64,000 nt of DNA from Leptospiraceae bacterium. GTDB lineage: Bacteria; Spirochaetota; Leptospiria; Leptospirales; Leptonemataceae. The stretch covers positions 544,001 to 608,000 of the forward strand of contig JAVJNR010000004.1 of the NCBI GenBank assembly GCA_040217195.1, written 5' to 3'. This document shows positions 1 through 10,596 of the stretch, one piece after another. Positions within the stretch are counted from its first letter, which is position 1, and every line of letters begins with the position of its first letter. Made by a program: the position numbers and the translations under genes. The notes under the pieces are model-generated. The model was not told the DNA's origin. It saw only the letters and a program-made list of their open reading frames with translations, and did not search any database.

Positions 1-2
1 TT

Positions 3-353
3 GCCCTGGCATTGATCTATTTCGCCTGGGCATTCTTTACCAGTGCCTGGCATCCTTTACTTCTCTGGGTGATTCCAGCCATGCTGTCCTTTATGGTACT
101 TGCCATCGTCTTTGACTGGCTTCCTCATTACCCGCACAGGTCCAGAGATAGGTTTCATAATACAAGGGTGATTCCAGGCAGGATCTTAAATGGAATGCTT
201 CTGGGACAGAACTACCATTTAATTCATCATCTTTATCCAACTGTGCCTTTCTACTCTTACAGGCCGGTGTTCGAACAAAGCAGGGAGTTTCTAGAGAAAA
301 AAGGAGCTCCCATAGGGTGGAAGACCGGAAGTGCAATCTGGCAGGAAGCCTAG
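3..353 (+). CDS. Fatty acid desaturase / carotenoid hydroxylase family protein, 5' truncated by the window edge
   Basis: Open frame from the window edge; hydrophobic segments and His motifs (DWLPHYPH, NYHLIHHLYP) typical of membrane di-iron desaturases/CrtR-like hydroxylases. Confidence 0.8.
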   Translation, partial: ALALIYFAWAFFTSAWHPLLLWVIPAMLSFMVLAIVFDWLPHYPHRSRDRFHNTRVIPGRILNGMLLGQNYHLIHHLYPTVPFYSYRPVFEQSREFLEKKGAPIGWKTGSAIWQEA

Positions 354-468
354 ATTGCTATCGTCCTTTTGTCTCTCAAGCCCTGCGGCCTGGCCAGGGC
401 GATGCAAAATTGAACGTCTGGTAACCTTCTAGCCCCATTGCTTCGCACAGCGCCTGATGCATGAGTAC

Positions 469-496
469 AAAAAAAAGGGGACCTTTTCAGGTCCCC
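469..496 (-). terminator. Rho-independent terminator (minus strand)
   Basis: Minus strand reads GGGGACC-TGAAAA-GGTCCCC followed by T8. Confidence 0.8.
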
Positions 497-795
497 TACG
501 GAGTTACACGAATGACATTATACTATTCGGGAAAGGTTTGAATTCCACTTAGTACTTTTCTATTCTTCACCCCTATTCCATTATCACAAACTCCAAAAGA
601 GCCGGATGCGCTCCATCATCCAGGGAAACGGCTCGGTAATGGTATCAGTAAGGCTCATTATGTCGCAACAAAAGGTAACGATTCGCGATCTCTGCCTTTC
701 GCATGAATTCATCCGGATCTTTTTGCAGGTCCGGGTCAGAGATGGCTGGATTGAATACGGAATGAAAGAAGAAAACTGCAGGGAGTCCGAGTGAA

Positions 796-1263
796 TCAGA
801 CCGGCTCATTCATGCAGATATTTACTTCAATTAGACCAAAAGGTGAGTATAGATTAAGGCCGAGAGTAACCCCATCGGACAGACTCAGATCCTGTTTTCG
901 CAGATCCACAACCCGGGGAACGGTTACATCCAGATCTTTGTCATTGTTTAGAAAAACGTTCAATGCATTACCGGTAATCATGTTTCCCACTTCGCCGATT
1001 ACATCTTTGTATTCCTTCTCTATGGCCTTGCTTTCTACATTGGGCATCAATTTTTGAACAATCTTTCTCACAGTATCCATATTCATGGAATATACAACTG
1101 TACCGGTTACTTCTCCAGTTATGCCCATCACGATGGCCACTTCATAGCCCGGAGCCGGAGTCTTTTTAATGGTGGTTTTTCCCCGTACAAGTTCCGTCTG
1201 CAGCATCTGGCGAAATACCAGCGCTGCAGCTTCAAGAAATGGATTTACTAGTTCGGCTTTCAC
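796..1263 (-). CDS. cheX: Chemotaxis phosphatase CheX
   Basis: 155 aa; NPFLEAA N-terminus, GITGEVTG, and the E-x-x-N phosphatase motif (IGEVGNMITGNA). Confidence 0.9.
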   Translation of the reverse strand: MKAELVNPFLEAAALVFRQMLQTELVRGKTTIKKTPAPGYEVAIVMGITGEVTGTVVYSMNMDTVRKIVQKLMPNVESKAIEKEYKDVIGEVGNMITGNALNVFLNNDKDLDVTVPRVVDLRKQDLSLSDGVTLGLNLYSPFGLIEVNICMNEPV

Positions 1264-2447
1264 TACTGTTGCAACGGAACTTGCTGCTCATTTTCTGAGA
1301 CCAGTTCCTGATACCGGAAATCACCCCTCTGGGCTTCGGTGCGAATCATATAACGATACACTTCCTGTCTTGCCCGGGATCCGGTTTCATTTTCCACGCT
1401 TTCTCTTTGAGTCTCGGTTGGAGTGCTGGAATTGACATTGAGAATTTCAACGTAGACCGTGGCCTCCCCATCCTGATAGGGACCATAAAAGCGTCCGGCC
1501 CCTTTATAGCCGGTCAAATCGCGGAAGAATTCGCCAGTAGCCAGATTGGCCGCTTTGTCTTCGCCGGTTCGAATCTGAGACAGTGCTTCCAGCGGAATGT
1601 TTTGCATTGTCTGGGCCTGAATGCCTGTAATTTGAGAAACGGATTGTAAGCCATCCTCTGGCTTTAGCTTTCCGAGGTTCTCTTTTGCCTGCGCCAGCAT
1701 TGATCGTTTTTTGCTGGTTCGAACTCGATCCATGACCTGCCCTCTCACTTTTTCCAGGGGTTCCAGATCAGGATTTTCCTGTTTCCAGTTCTTATATTCC
1801 TTTTCTAGATCTTCATCATTGATTTGCACCTGACTGTCAAAGGAAGCCAGCAGACTGGTTTGCGTATAACGAATCATTCTAAAGCTTACTGTGGTAGCTC
1901 GGGCTCTGGTGGCTGCATCGATTAGAGCCGGAGATGGTTCCATGGCAAGTATGGCCGAGCTGACACGGCGAGCGCTGGCTTCACGACTGCGAAGCTTTAC
2001 GGAGCCCTGCTGCACAATCTCTCTGTAGAAGTCCTGTACCGTACGCTTGTCTGCTTCAATTAAGACTTCCTGAGTCTGGTAGGCCTGACGCGCCATCTCC
2101 ACCAGCTCCTTCTCAATATCTTCATCCGGAACATCCAGTCCGAGACGCTTCGATATGCGTGGCAGAACATACAATTCCTGAAGAGTGCTTTCAAGACAGC
2201 CGTTTAGAAATATATCCGGCACTTCTCCGAACTGGGCAAAGCGCTGTTTGCAGGCTCGATAAGCAAAAGCGTAGTTTTCTTCGGAGATATCCTGGCCATC
2301 ATAGGAGCCGTATTTGGTCTGACCGGCGAATATCCCCAGGATTTCATCCATGGGCTGGCTGGAAAAAGTCACTCCCATCATCAGTACAAGAAAGATTACA
2401 ATGATACCGGCACCCAGGCGTTTGGCATATTCGATGATGTTTTTCAC
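1263..2447 (-). CDS. SurA N-terminal-domain / PpiD-like membrane-anchored periplasmic chaperone
   Basis: 394 aa; N-terminal TM helix; GQDIS...Y and LGLDVPDEDI segments resembling SurA_N/PpiD; stop overlaps the cheX start. Confidence 0.6.
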   Translation of the reverse strand: MKNIIEYAKRLGAGIIVIFLVLMMGVTFSSQPMDEILGIFAGQTKYGSYDGQDISEENYAFAYRACKQRFAQFGEVPDIFLNGCLESTLQELYVLPRISKRLGLDVPDEDIEKELVEMARQAYQTQEVLIEADKRTVQDFYREIVQQGSVKLRSREASARRVSSAILAMEPSPALIDAATRARATTVSFRMIRYTQTSLLASFDSQVQINDEDLEKEYKNWKQENPDLEPLEKVRGQVMDRVRTSKKRSMLAQAKENLGKLKPEDGLQSVSQITGIQAQTMQNIPLEALSQIRTGEDKAANLATGEFFRDLTGYKGAGRFYGPYQDGEATVYVEILNVNSSTPTETQRESVENETGSRARQEVYRYMIRTEAQRGDFRYQELVSENEQQVPLQQ

Positions 2448-2564
2448 GGGGCGATTTTGTCCCCCCCAGGCCTGCTGACCAGTCTAAAACGACCACAAAT
2501 CAAGTCTTGAACAGGCAAAAGAACCGTGCAGGGTTTCCGCGCAACGGCCGATATTTTCCAGGAG

Positions 2565-3236
2565 ATGTATTACCTTGCCATCACATTTATCTTCATTGGA
2601 CTGGGTTGCCTGCTATACCTTTTTGTGGTGCGAAGCTTCCAGGGAGTTCAGGCATCCAGCAGTTCCGAGCAAGGTAGCCCTGACCCGGAAAGGCGAGACG
2701 AGCGAGCCTCTGAGCTCCAACAGTACGGCTTCCAGGAAGCCGTGTCCGAGCCGCTGCCTCATGCGGCCAGCCGAGACCCCCGGCATGCCGGGTACAGTCC
2801 TGCCAGAGCATCTGAACAGCCCTGGATGGGAGCTCCGCCAATCCATGAGCCGGCCGGAAGCCCGGCCTGGTCCCGAAGCCAATCCCACTCCAGAACCGTC
2901 TCATCCAGCCCATCTCGCAATAGCCGCTTTGAAGGGATTCTTTTTCTGGATGAGTCCGGTCAGGCTGTGAGCGCCGCCGAACACTGGCAGCAGGTATCTC
3001 CCGATCTATTTAGCAAACTGAAACGAATGGGGCCCTGTCAGCTGCAGTATTCGGACCGTATGTTTCTGATCCATAGTGAAAGTATCCGACTTCAATACCG
3101 GGTAGACGATCTGACCCGGATTTTGTTTCTGGACAGTGGATTTGCCTTTATACCGGAACGCGGAGGTCCTTCTCCGTTGATTCTGACTAGAGAGGTGGAT
3201 CGATTTAAAAACTTTCTCAGAGACAATAGTTTGTAA
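2565..3236 (+). CDS. Hypothetical membrane-anchored protein
   Basis: ATG after AGGAG; N-terminal TM helix, P/S-rich linker, globular C-terminus; coupled to the next ORF (TAATG). Confidence 0.65.
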   Translation: MYYLAITFIFIGLGCLLYLFVVRSFQGVQASSSSEQGSPDPERRDERASELQQYGFQEAVSEPLPHAASRDPRHAGYSPARASEQPWMGAPPIHEPAGSPAWSRSQSHSRTVSSSPSRNSRFEGILFLDESGQAVSAAEHWQQVSPDLFSKLKRMGPCQLQYSDRMFLIHSESIRLQYRVDDLTRILFLDSGFAFIPERGGPSPLILTREVDRFKNFLRDNSL

Positions 3237-4330
3237 TGCTCAAAATGCCCGAACCCATGTCCCGGCGAAAGAAGAGCCGAGGACGAACCTGGATCTGGTT
3301 AATCCCTCTTTCCCTGTTAATTGCTGGCGGTGTCTTCTATGGACAGGACGTAATTCGCTTCTTTCAGGTCCGATTCGCTTCGGACAGCCTCCTTCGATTG
3401 CAGGGTAGGACCGATGCCTACCTGGCTTCCTATGCAAGATATTCGCAAATGGAACCTCCAGTTTCCACGGATGATCCCGGAGAAAATCCATATTTCAAGC
3501 TGCAGGATGCACTTTATCAGCAGATCGATGAGAACCGAAGAATCATCGAAATTATTGCCCGCACCGAAGAGGATCTGGGAACCATGGCTGCCTGGAGAGG
3601 GCGGTATGAGCTGTATGAACTGCTATTGCGAATCCAGTTGGATAGCCGAAACCTGATCGAATTTTCCGGTCGTGGTTATTTACCTCCGTTGCGACCCAGC
3701 CTTCTGGAGGAACGATCCATTCAGAGTATAGGATTCCAGCTTTCCCGATACATGCGCCGGGCCCTGGCCTATGATGCAGATGCCAGATATAAATCTCTGG
3801 CCCACTTTGGAGTGGCCCTGGGCGATCTAATGTATTTCGGTCGCACCGACCCTGCCATCCTCCAGCATTTGCATCAGGTGAATCCATCGGAATTACCCCC
3901 CGAGCTAAAGCGGGAATGGATGTGGGTAGCTACAGGACTTTACGCTCTTCTGGGAGATCATGAGAAGCTACAGGAAGTTCTGAATCCGCCAGCAGAAGAA
4001 GCCAGTGCCCTGGATCCCCAGGCCGATATGCCGGCCGTAGATATGGCTGAGGGCTTCCTGGAGCCCTATCAGAAGCAACTACTGCTCGGATATGCCAGGT
4101 TCCAATCCAGGAATTATATGCAGGCCCTGTATTCGGTGAGGCAGGTAAAATATGATGCATCGGTGCCCAACTTCTACAGAGCAGAAGCCGCCCGAATGGA
4201 AGGTGAAATCAATGCAAAACAGAACGGTCCCTACTTCGCAATTCCATACTTGCAAGAAGCCCTTCGAATTTCAGGCGATGATCCATTTTTACAGGATAGA
4301 TTATCTGCATTCATGCCGAAAAATAGGTAG
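3236..4330 (+). CDS. Hypothetical membrane-anchored helical (TPR-like) protein
   Basis: 364-aa ORF; basic N-terminus plus TM helix; TPR-like helices at the C-terminus. Confidence 0.65.
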   Translation: MLKMPEPMSRRKKSRGRTWIWLIPLSLLIAGGVFYGQDVIRFFQVRFASDSLLRLQGRTDAYLASYARYSQMEPPVSTDDPGENPYFKLQDALYQQIDENRRIIEIIARTEEDLGTMAAWRGRYELYELLLRIQLDSRNLIEFSGRGYLPPLRPSLLEERSIQSIGFQLSRYMRRALAYDADARYKSLAHFGVALGDLMYFGRTDPAILQHLHQVNPSELPPELKREWMWVATGLYALLGDHEKLQEVLNPPAEEASALDPQADMPAVDMAEGFLEPYQKQLLLGYARFQSRNYMQALYSVRQVKYDASVPNFYRAEAARMEGEINAKQNGPYFAIPYLQEALRISGDDPFLQDRLSAFMPKNR

Positions 4331-4415
4331 CTACGGCGATTAGTTGACACGGTTGCTGACTACCGGAGACCGGTAATTTGATCTTCTTGTACCCTGGCAA
4401 ATTTGGATAAATTAT

Positions 4416-5438
4416 ATGCTGCTTGATAACCTATACGGACTTTTTTCCAACGATATGGGAATTGACCTGGGAACGGCCAATACCCTGGTTTATGTAAAAG
4501 GACAGGGTATTGTCCTTTCTGAACCCTCAGTGGTGGCTGTTCAGTCATCCACTGGCAAGGTTCTGGCCGTGGGCCACGAGGCCAAACGGATGCTGGGCCG
4601 AACTCCCGGCGACATCGTTGCCATTCGGCCCATGAAGGATGGCGTGATCGCTGACTTCGAAACAGTGGAAAAAATGATCCGCTATTTCATTCAGAAGGTA
4701 CACAAGACCACCACACTTGTTAAACCTAGAATGGTAATCGGAGTACCTTCCGGTATTACGGAAGTGGAAAAACGGGCTGTCCGTGAATCCGCAGAACAGG
4801 CCGGAGCTAGAGAAATCTTTCTAATTGAAGAGGCCCTGGCAGCAGCGATCGGGGCAAACGTACCGATCCATGAGCCAGCAGGAACAATGATTGTGGATAT
4901 CGGGGGCGGTACCACTGAAATCGCTGTCATCTCCCTGGGCGGCATGGTCATCGCTGATTCTATCCGAATCGGTGGAGATGAATTCGATGAAGCTGTCATC
5001 CGGCATCTGAGAACCCAGTATAACCTGGTTATCGGGGAACGGATGGCTGAAGATGTTAAGCTTACCATCGGTAATGCCTACCCGGAGAAAAAACAGGAAG
5101 TTATGGAGCTCAGAGGACGGGATGCAATTTCCGGCCTGCCCCGAACCCTGGAAATCGATTCCAATGAAATGCGCAAGGCTCTGAAAGAGCCCATAGATGC
5201 CATTCTGGAGGCAGTGAAGAATTCCCTGGAAAGGACACCACCGGAACTGGCTGCAGACATTGTAGAACGAGGAATTGTAATGACCGGAGGCGGTTGCCTT
5301 CTGAAGGGTCTGGACAAATTCCTGAGCAAGGAAACCGGAGTTCCGGTATTTCGAGCCGAAAACCCGCTGATTTGTGTAGCCCTGGGAACTGGTCGCTACC
5401 TGGATGAGCTGAAGAATATTCGATCCGGAATGAAATAA
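4416..5438 (+). CDS. mreB: Rod shape-determining protein MreB
   Basis: [17 protein letters not shown] and TGGG actin-like motifs. Confidence 0.98.
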   Translation: MLLDNLYGLFSNDMGIDLGTANTLVYVKGQGIVLSEPSVVAVQSSTGKVLAVGHEAKRMLGRTPGDIVAIRPMKDGVIADFETVEKMIRYFIQKVHKTTTLVKPRMVIGVPSGITEVEKRAVRESAEQAGAREIFLIEEALAAAIGANVPIHEPAGTMIVDIGGGTTEIAVISLGGMVIADSIRIGGDEFDEAVIRHLRTQYNLVIGERMAEDVKLTIGNAYPEKKQEVMELRGRDAISGLPRTLEIDSNEMRKALKEPIDAILEAVKNSLERTPPELAADIVERGIVMTGGGCLLKGLDKFLSKETGVPVFRAENPLICVALGTGRYLDELKNIRSGMK

Positions 5439-5441
5439 TCC

Positions 5442-6563
5442 ATGCTGTGGGAGATCCTCTGGAGAAAAAAGATTACCTTCAGCCTGGGGTTCTGCGTTTT
5501 ATTTTCTTTAACCTGTATCCTCTGGCAGCGTAACCCCTTTGCTGCCGGAGCCGCTTTATTCGGAAAACTGGCCGATGAAATAGGCGGAGCTATCAATTCT
5601 GGACTTTCCCTGCCGGGGGAGCTCTGGGTCCGGGTAGATCAATACCAGGACCTTCAAGAAAAATACGATCAGGCCCAGAAGCGCCTGGAAGAATACCGTC
5701 TGGAAAAAGATAAGTTCGATGCACTTCACAGGGAGAATCAAAAGCTTCGAGAAGCACTTGAATTCCCTGCGATGGAAGGCATGAAAGAACTTACAGCTGA
5801 GGTAATTGGAGTTCGTTTAAATTCCATCAGCCCCAGGATACTGATCCGTGTAGGTCGCAAGGACGGAGTTCGTCCCTTTATGCCGGTGATCTGCAAGGCC
5901 CACGATGAAAATAAGAATCTAATTCGGGCCGTAGTTGGTATAGTTGCCATTGCAGGGGATTCCACTTCCATAGTGCAGCCATTAATTCATCCGGGATTCA
6001 AAATGGGTGTTCGCATGCCTCATACCGATCAGTGGGCCATTTTCTCCGGTAATAGCGGCTCTGTAACTCGCGGATTACTCACCTATCTAAGTTCTGATTC
6101 CTATGAGCACCGAACAGTATTCAAAGACCCCAGTGTTGAAATTCTAAAAACCCCGGTGTATACTAGCGGCCAGGGCGGTCTATTTCCGCCTGACATCCCG
6201 GTGGGCATTATTACAGGCGAAGGCAATCCGGACGGTGAGTTTCGCACGGCCATGGTTAAGCCCTATGCGCCCATAGACAGACTGGATACAGTTGTTGTAC
6301 TACTGAGGACCCCATCCAACTGGGCGGATCAATTTGAACGTGAAAAAATCGAAGATAACCTGGTGACCGAGTTCGGACCGCCTGTATTCCCGGATCTTCC
6401 CGAGGTTGAGCGAAAGCTAAAGCAGCAGGAAGAGGAGCGAAAGCGTAGAGCTCAGCAGCAGGAGCAGACACAGGAAAACAACGAGGAAGAGACTGCGGAA
6501 CCTCAGGGTCCCGGTCCTCGTCGTCGCCTGGAAAATCTGAATATCCCGGGGGCCGGGCAGTAA
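5442..6563 (+). CDS. mreC: Rod shape-determining protein MreC
   Basis: TM helix, coiled coil (ENQKLREAL), TSGQGGLFPPDIPVG motif; follows mreB. Confidence 0.92.
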   Translation: MLWEILWRKKITFSLGFCVLFSLTCILWQRNPFAAGAALFGKLADEIGGAINSGLSLPGELWVRVDQYQDLQEKYDQAQKRLEEYRLEKDKFDALHRENQKLREALEFPAMEGMKELTAEVIGVRLNSISPRILIRVGRKDGVRPFMPVICKAHDENKNLIRAVVGIVAIAGDSTSIVQPLIHPGFKMGVRMPHTDQWAIFSGNSGSVTRGLLTYLSSDSYEHRTVFKDPSVEILKTPVYTSGQGGLFPPDIPVGIITGEGNPDGEFRTAMVKPYAPIDRLDTVVVLLRTPSNWADQFEREKIEDNLVTEFGPPVFPDLPEVERKLKQQEEERKRRAQQQEQTQENNEEETAEPQGPGPRRRLENLNIPGAGQ

Positions 6564-6564
6564 T

Positions 6565-7092
6565 ATGTTTCTTGAAGCTACCGTTGTTGCAGTAGGCTTA
6601 ATCGTTTCTTATTTCCTTAAAGGGATAAACTTTCTAAGCCTTAACTTTGAATTTCTTAATACAGGGGCCATCTATCCGGATTTCCTCCTCATTTTTGTCA
6701 TCTTCTTCAGCATTCGCAAAGGAGACTTCACGGGAATCTGGATTGGTTTTTTTGCCGGACTGCTGGAAGACTCCCAGCTTCTAGCATTTGATGAAGGGGC
6801 CCGGGAATTTGTTTCCATCATCGGAGTGCATTCCCTGGTTTACTGTCTGGCCGGTTACACCATTGGTAGACTCAACCGGTTACTGGACCGGGACAGCATT
6901 GCTTCTATTCTTGTTCTTGTATTTGCCACAACCTTCATTGTGCGAATTGCTATCTGGCTGATCATGGGAATTGTGGATCAATTTTCGGCAGCCTATCCAT
7001 TACTGGGACCGGCTGTATACACGGCCATAATTGCACCGGTATGGTTCTGGATTCTCACTACTGTTTACCGTCTGGATTCTGCTAATCGATGA
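6565..7092 (+). CDS. mreD: Rod shape-determining protein MreD
   Basis: Hydrophobic 175 aa with PDFLLI and GFFAGLLED motifs; operon position. Confidence 0.9.
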   Translation: MFLEATVVAVGLIVSYFLKGINFLSLNFEFLNTGAIYPDFLLIFVIFFSIRKGDFTGIWIGFFAGLLEDSQLLAFDEGAREFVSIIGVHSLVYCLAGYTIGRLNRLLDRDSIASILVLVFATTFIVRIAIWLIMGIVDQFSAAYPLLGPAVYTAIIAPVWFWILTTVYRLDSANR

Positions 7093-9014
7093 GTACTCGT
7101 TCCTCCACAGAATTTCGCCTGGAACGGCGATTCCACGTCAGGATCTATTTTTTTACGGCCCTGGTGCTTGTTCTATCTGTGATCTGTGTAATTCAGCTGG
7201 GTAACCTGCAGGTACTCCATGGGGCAGAAAACCATGTACTGTCTCGAAAATTCGTAAGCAAACAGGAATTCAAGGAAGCTCCCAGAGGATTCATATACGA
7301 TCGAAACATGGACCTGGAGAAACCTCTGGTTCAGAACATTCTATACATCGACTTTAACATGTATCCCGGGCGCTTTAAAACCAGAGAGGAAGGAGTGGCC
7401 TTCCTGAAGAAATTCTGCGCTATCATGGGTTATCCTCTTTCTCAGTACGCAGATATTCTGGAACCTGCAAAATGGAAGGAGCTCTCAAAAAAGAATGAAG
7501 AGGTAACCCTGGTCCATCGTTTGAGCCGAGCCCAGCAGGTTCGCCTGGCCAGTCTGCAACTGGAAGGCAACAAGACTCAGTTTGTTACCAGATTTCTGCG
7601 CTACTACACAATGGGGCCGGCCCTGGCGCACGTTACCGGCTATACGGGCGCCCCATCCAGAAGAGAGATTAAAGCAGGCCAGGCCCTTTCCTATCAGACC
7701 CTGGGTAAGGCGGGCGTGGAAGACTTCTATGATAGTGACCTTCGCGGAAAAGATGGAGTCCTGGTGCGGAACAAGGTCCTGGATAGCGAAGAGACCATTG
7801 AACGAAGCCAGCAGGGAAATCACCTGGTCTTAAATATAGATCGAGATGTACAGGCTGCAGCATATAAAGCTTTGATCAACAGCGGCAAGCGAGGAGCGGC
7901 TATTGCCATTCGACCGGCCACTGGAGAGGTAGTTGCTCTGGTTTCGGCTCCCACGTATGATCCTAATATCCTATCCAGCGGCACCGGTGATCTTCGAACC
8001 GAGCATATTCGCAAGGTCCGATTGTACAATGGATTTCTCAATCTTGCCATTCAAACTAAATTCCCTCCTGCATCCACTTTTAAGCCTCTGGTAGCTCTGG
8101 CCGGACTGGAATCTTTTCCAGGCGATTTTGTAAGCAAGAATACCAAGTTTCACTGCCCCGGGCGCTGGACCCTGGAGAGCTCTGTGGCCGGAGTTCCTGA
8201 TAGCGTTTACTATTGTCATAGAGCGTCCGGCCATGGCATGAACAACATGATTGGAGCCATCGCTCATAGCTGCAACGTGTACTTTTACCGTCTGGGCTAT
8301 AAGATTGGCCCAACACCTATCATTGAATTTTCCAAGGCCCTGGGGCTGGACAAAAAGTCTGGTATCGATTTGCCCGGCGAATCTCAAGGATTCGTGCCAG
8401 ATCAGAAATGGAAACAGATCACCTGGTCCAGTCGTTGGTACGATGGAGATACCATCAACCTTTCCATTGGCCAGGGCTTTCTACAGACCACGCCCATCGC
8501 GCTGGCCGTAATGTATTCAGCCATTCTAAACGGCGGCAAAGTTCTTCGCCCTCATGTTCTTAGAGAAGTTAGAGATTCCTACAATGGCAGAGTGGTTCGA
8601 AAGATTCGCCCAGAAAAACTGGCCGAGGTTCCACTATCCAGGTCCCATGTGGAGATCATAGAAAAAGGGATGCGAGCGGTGATTACGGCGGGGACGGCCA
8701 GCTATTTAAATCGCCGGGACATGGTACCCGTGGCAGGAAAAACAGGTACAGCACAAACCAGGAGTGAACGTAAAGGCCGAGACCACGCCTGGTTTGTGGG
8801 TTTCGCTCCTTACGGAGCGCCTGTTGAAGAACAGCTTGTTGTGGTAGTCTTTGTCGAGTACGGTATTGCAGGTTCCTACTCTGCTGCACCGGTGGCCATG
8901 AGCATGTTTGAAGCGGCCTATCCGAACTGGGACAGACCACTTCCTGAAGACCCAGCCAAAGAAATGGCGCTGCATCCAGAGCACGAACCAGACGCACAAC
9001 CCCAGGTGCAATAG
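7089..9014 (+). CDS. mrdA: Penicillin-binding protein 2 (class B transpeptidase)
   Basis: SxxK (PASTFK), SxN (HSCNVYF) and KTG (GKTGTAQ) motifs; APRGFIYDRN. Confidence 0.95.
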   Translation: MSTRSSTEFRLERRFHVRIYFFTALVLVLSVICVIQLGNLQVLHGAENHVLSRKFVSKQEFKEAPRGFIYDRNMDLEKPLVQNILYIDFNMYPGRFKTREEGVAFLKKFCAIMGYPLSQYADILEPAKWKELSKKNEEVTLVHRLSRAQQVRLASLQLEGNKTQFVTRFLRYYTMGPALAHVTGYTGAPSRREIKAGQALSYQTLGKAGVEDFYDSDLRGKDGVLVRNKVLDSEETIERSQQGNHLVLNIDRDVQAAAYKALINSGKRGAAIAIRPATGEVVALVSAPTYDPNILSSGTGDLRTEHIRKVRLYNGFLNLAIQTKFPPASTFKPLVALAGLESFPGDFVSKNTKFHCPGRWTLESSVAGVPDSVYYCHRASGHGMNNMIGAIAHSCNVYFYRLGYKIGPTPIIEFSKALGLDKKSGIDLPGESQGFVPDQKWKQITWSSRWYDGDTINLSIGQGFLQTTPIALAVMYSAILNGGKVLRPHVLREVRDSYNGRVVRKIRPEKLAEVPLSRSHVEIIEKGMRAVITAGTASYLNRRDMVPVAGKTGTAQTRSERKGRDHAWFVGFAPYGAPVEEQLVVVVFVEYGIAGSYSAAPVAMSMFEAAYPNWDRPLPEDPAKEMALHPEHEPDAQPQVQ

Positions 9015-9036
9015 AGCGTTAGACTAGAGATATCGA

Positions 9037-10569
9037 ATGTTCAGTAAATATCGCATAGATTTCGTACTTCTCTTTTCCGTCCTGTTTGCAGCCGGAGCCG
9101 GGATCTTCGTGCTTTATACTCAGGAAACAGACCCCGATGCCTCCTTTCCCTCCTGGGTAAAGCAAAGTATGTTTCTAGCACTGGGTCTGGTTTTGATGCT
9201 GGCTCTGCGAAAAACGAACTACCAGGTCATTGGCGGTGTGGCCCTTCCTCTGTACGGAATTGCTATATTTCTTCTATTGATTACGCTTATCCCTTTTATT
9301 GGATCCGAGCATAAAGGGGCGCGAAGCTGGATTCGCTTTGGCCCTGTTGGTTTTCAGACATCTGAAATTGCCAAGATTGCAACCATCATATTGCTGGCCA
9401 AATACCTGGAGTTGAAAGAAAGGGAACTGGAGCACATCTATTCACTCTTGATCCCTTTTGGCATAGCAGTGCTTCCCATGCTCCTTATCGTCGTCCAGCC
9501 AGACTTTGGAGGTGCGTTTGTCATCGCCCCCATTTTGCTTTCCATGTTGTACATGGCAGGCGCGGATATCTATCACATTGGATCCATTGTAATCTTTTTC
9601 GCTGTTTCCATTTTTGTACCCCTGTATATAGAATACCATAATATCATGCTTGTGGATTCAGTCATTACCCGGGTTAGCGAATTGGGTAAAGATTCTCTGT
9701 TACCGGCAGTGCGAATTCTAAAATCGGATATATGGGCTTTCCTGGAAAAGGCGAAGATCCCGGAAGGGATTACAGGTAGCGACCGGGAATATCTGGGAAA
9801 TATACTCACAAACCAGAGTCTGTTCATTGATTTGCAGGATGCAGCCGAAAGTATTCGAATTGAAGAAGGCGGAATGCTGCTTCGCCTTCTGGATAACGAC
9901 ATTCTATTACTTGTTGTAGCCCTGCTCTGCACGTTTCTGGCGCTCGGGCTTTTCATCTGGAGAATGACCCAGGGCATTAGTTTCAAACATCTGCGAAAGT
10001 ATTACATTCCTCTGGGAGTGATCGGCATTTCTATCCTTTCCGCTCTGGCCATACACTGGACCTTTTCATTTAAATACCATCAAGTAGTTCGCGTAACAGC
10101 GTTTATCAATCCAGACCGTTTTCCCAGGGGACATGCCTATCAGATCAGGGCCTCCAAAGCAGCCATTGGTTCCGGAGAATGGACTGGCCAGGGAATGTTT
10201 GAAGGCGAAATGACCATCGGCGATACTCCGGTGGTGCCAGAAGCGCATACAGACTTTATCTTTACCGCCTGGGCAGAGAGAACTGGTTTTCTGGGCAGTG
10301 TTATTCTATTGCTCATTTTAGCATCTATACCACTGAGAGCATTGCAGATGTCCTATGAGGCCCGGGATCGCTTTGGTTCCCTGCTTGCAGCAGGCCTGGG
10401 ATTCATGTTTTTTTACCATATCTTTTTTAATGTGGGGATTGCACTGGGACTGTTACCGGTTACGGGCCTACCTCTAAGCTTTGTTAGCTACGGGGGCTCC
10501 CATCTAATCACTTGTTTGATGGCTGCGGGCATTCTATTCAGTATCTTCCGCAGAAAATACGTAAACTGA
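9037..10569 (+). CDS. rodA: SEDS peptidoglycan glycosyltransferase RodA
   Basis: GARSWI, FQTSE, QPDFG, PEAHTDFIF and PLSFVSYGGS SEDS motifs; follows mrdA. Confidence 0.93.
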   Translation: MFSKYRIDFVLLFSVLFAAGAGIFVLYTQETDPDASFPSWVKQSMFLALGLVLMLALRKTNYQVIGGVALPLYGIAIFLLLITLIPFIGSEHKGARSWIRFGPVGFQTSEIAKIATIILLAKYLELKERELEHIYSLLIPFGIAVLPMLLIVVQPDFGGAFVIAPILLSMLYMAGADIYHIGSIVIFFAVSIFVPLYIEYHNIMLVDSVITRVSELGKDSLLPAVRILKSDIWAFLEKAKIPEGITGSDREYLGNILTNQSLFIDLQDAAESIRIEEGGMLLRLLDNDILLLVVALLCTFLALGLFIWRMTQGISFKHLRKYYIPLGVIGISILSALAIHWTFSFKYHQVVRVTAFINPDRFPRGHAYQIRASKAAIGSGEWTGQGMFEGEMTIGDTPVVPEAHTDFIFTAWAERTGFLGSVILLLILASIPLRALQMSYEARDRFGSLLAAGLGFMFFYHIFFNVGIALGLLPVTGLPLSFVSYGGSHLITCLMAAGILFSIFRRKYVN

Positions 10570-10596
10570 TTACCATCTCTCCGATAATAGGAGCAG

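Noticed and set aside
606..794. 62-aa ORF in the gap between the desaturase and cheX
   Set aside because: No RBS or recognisable motif; likely spurious.
4691..5329. Antisense ORFs within mreB (and similar ones within metK, copA and the TonB receptor genes)
   Set aside because: These are shadow ORFs of well-supported genes with no independent evidence.
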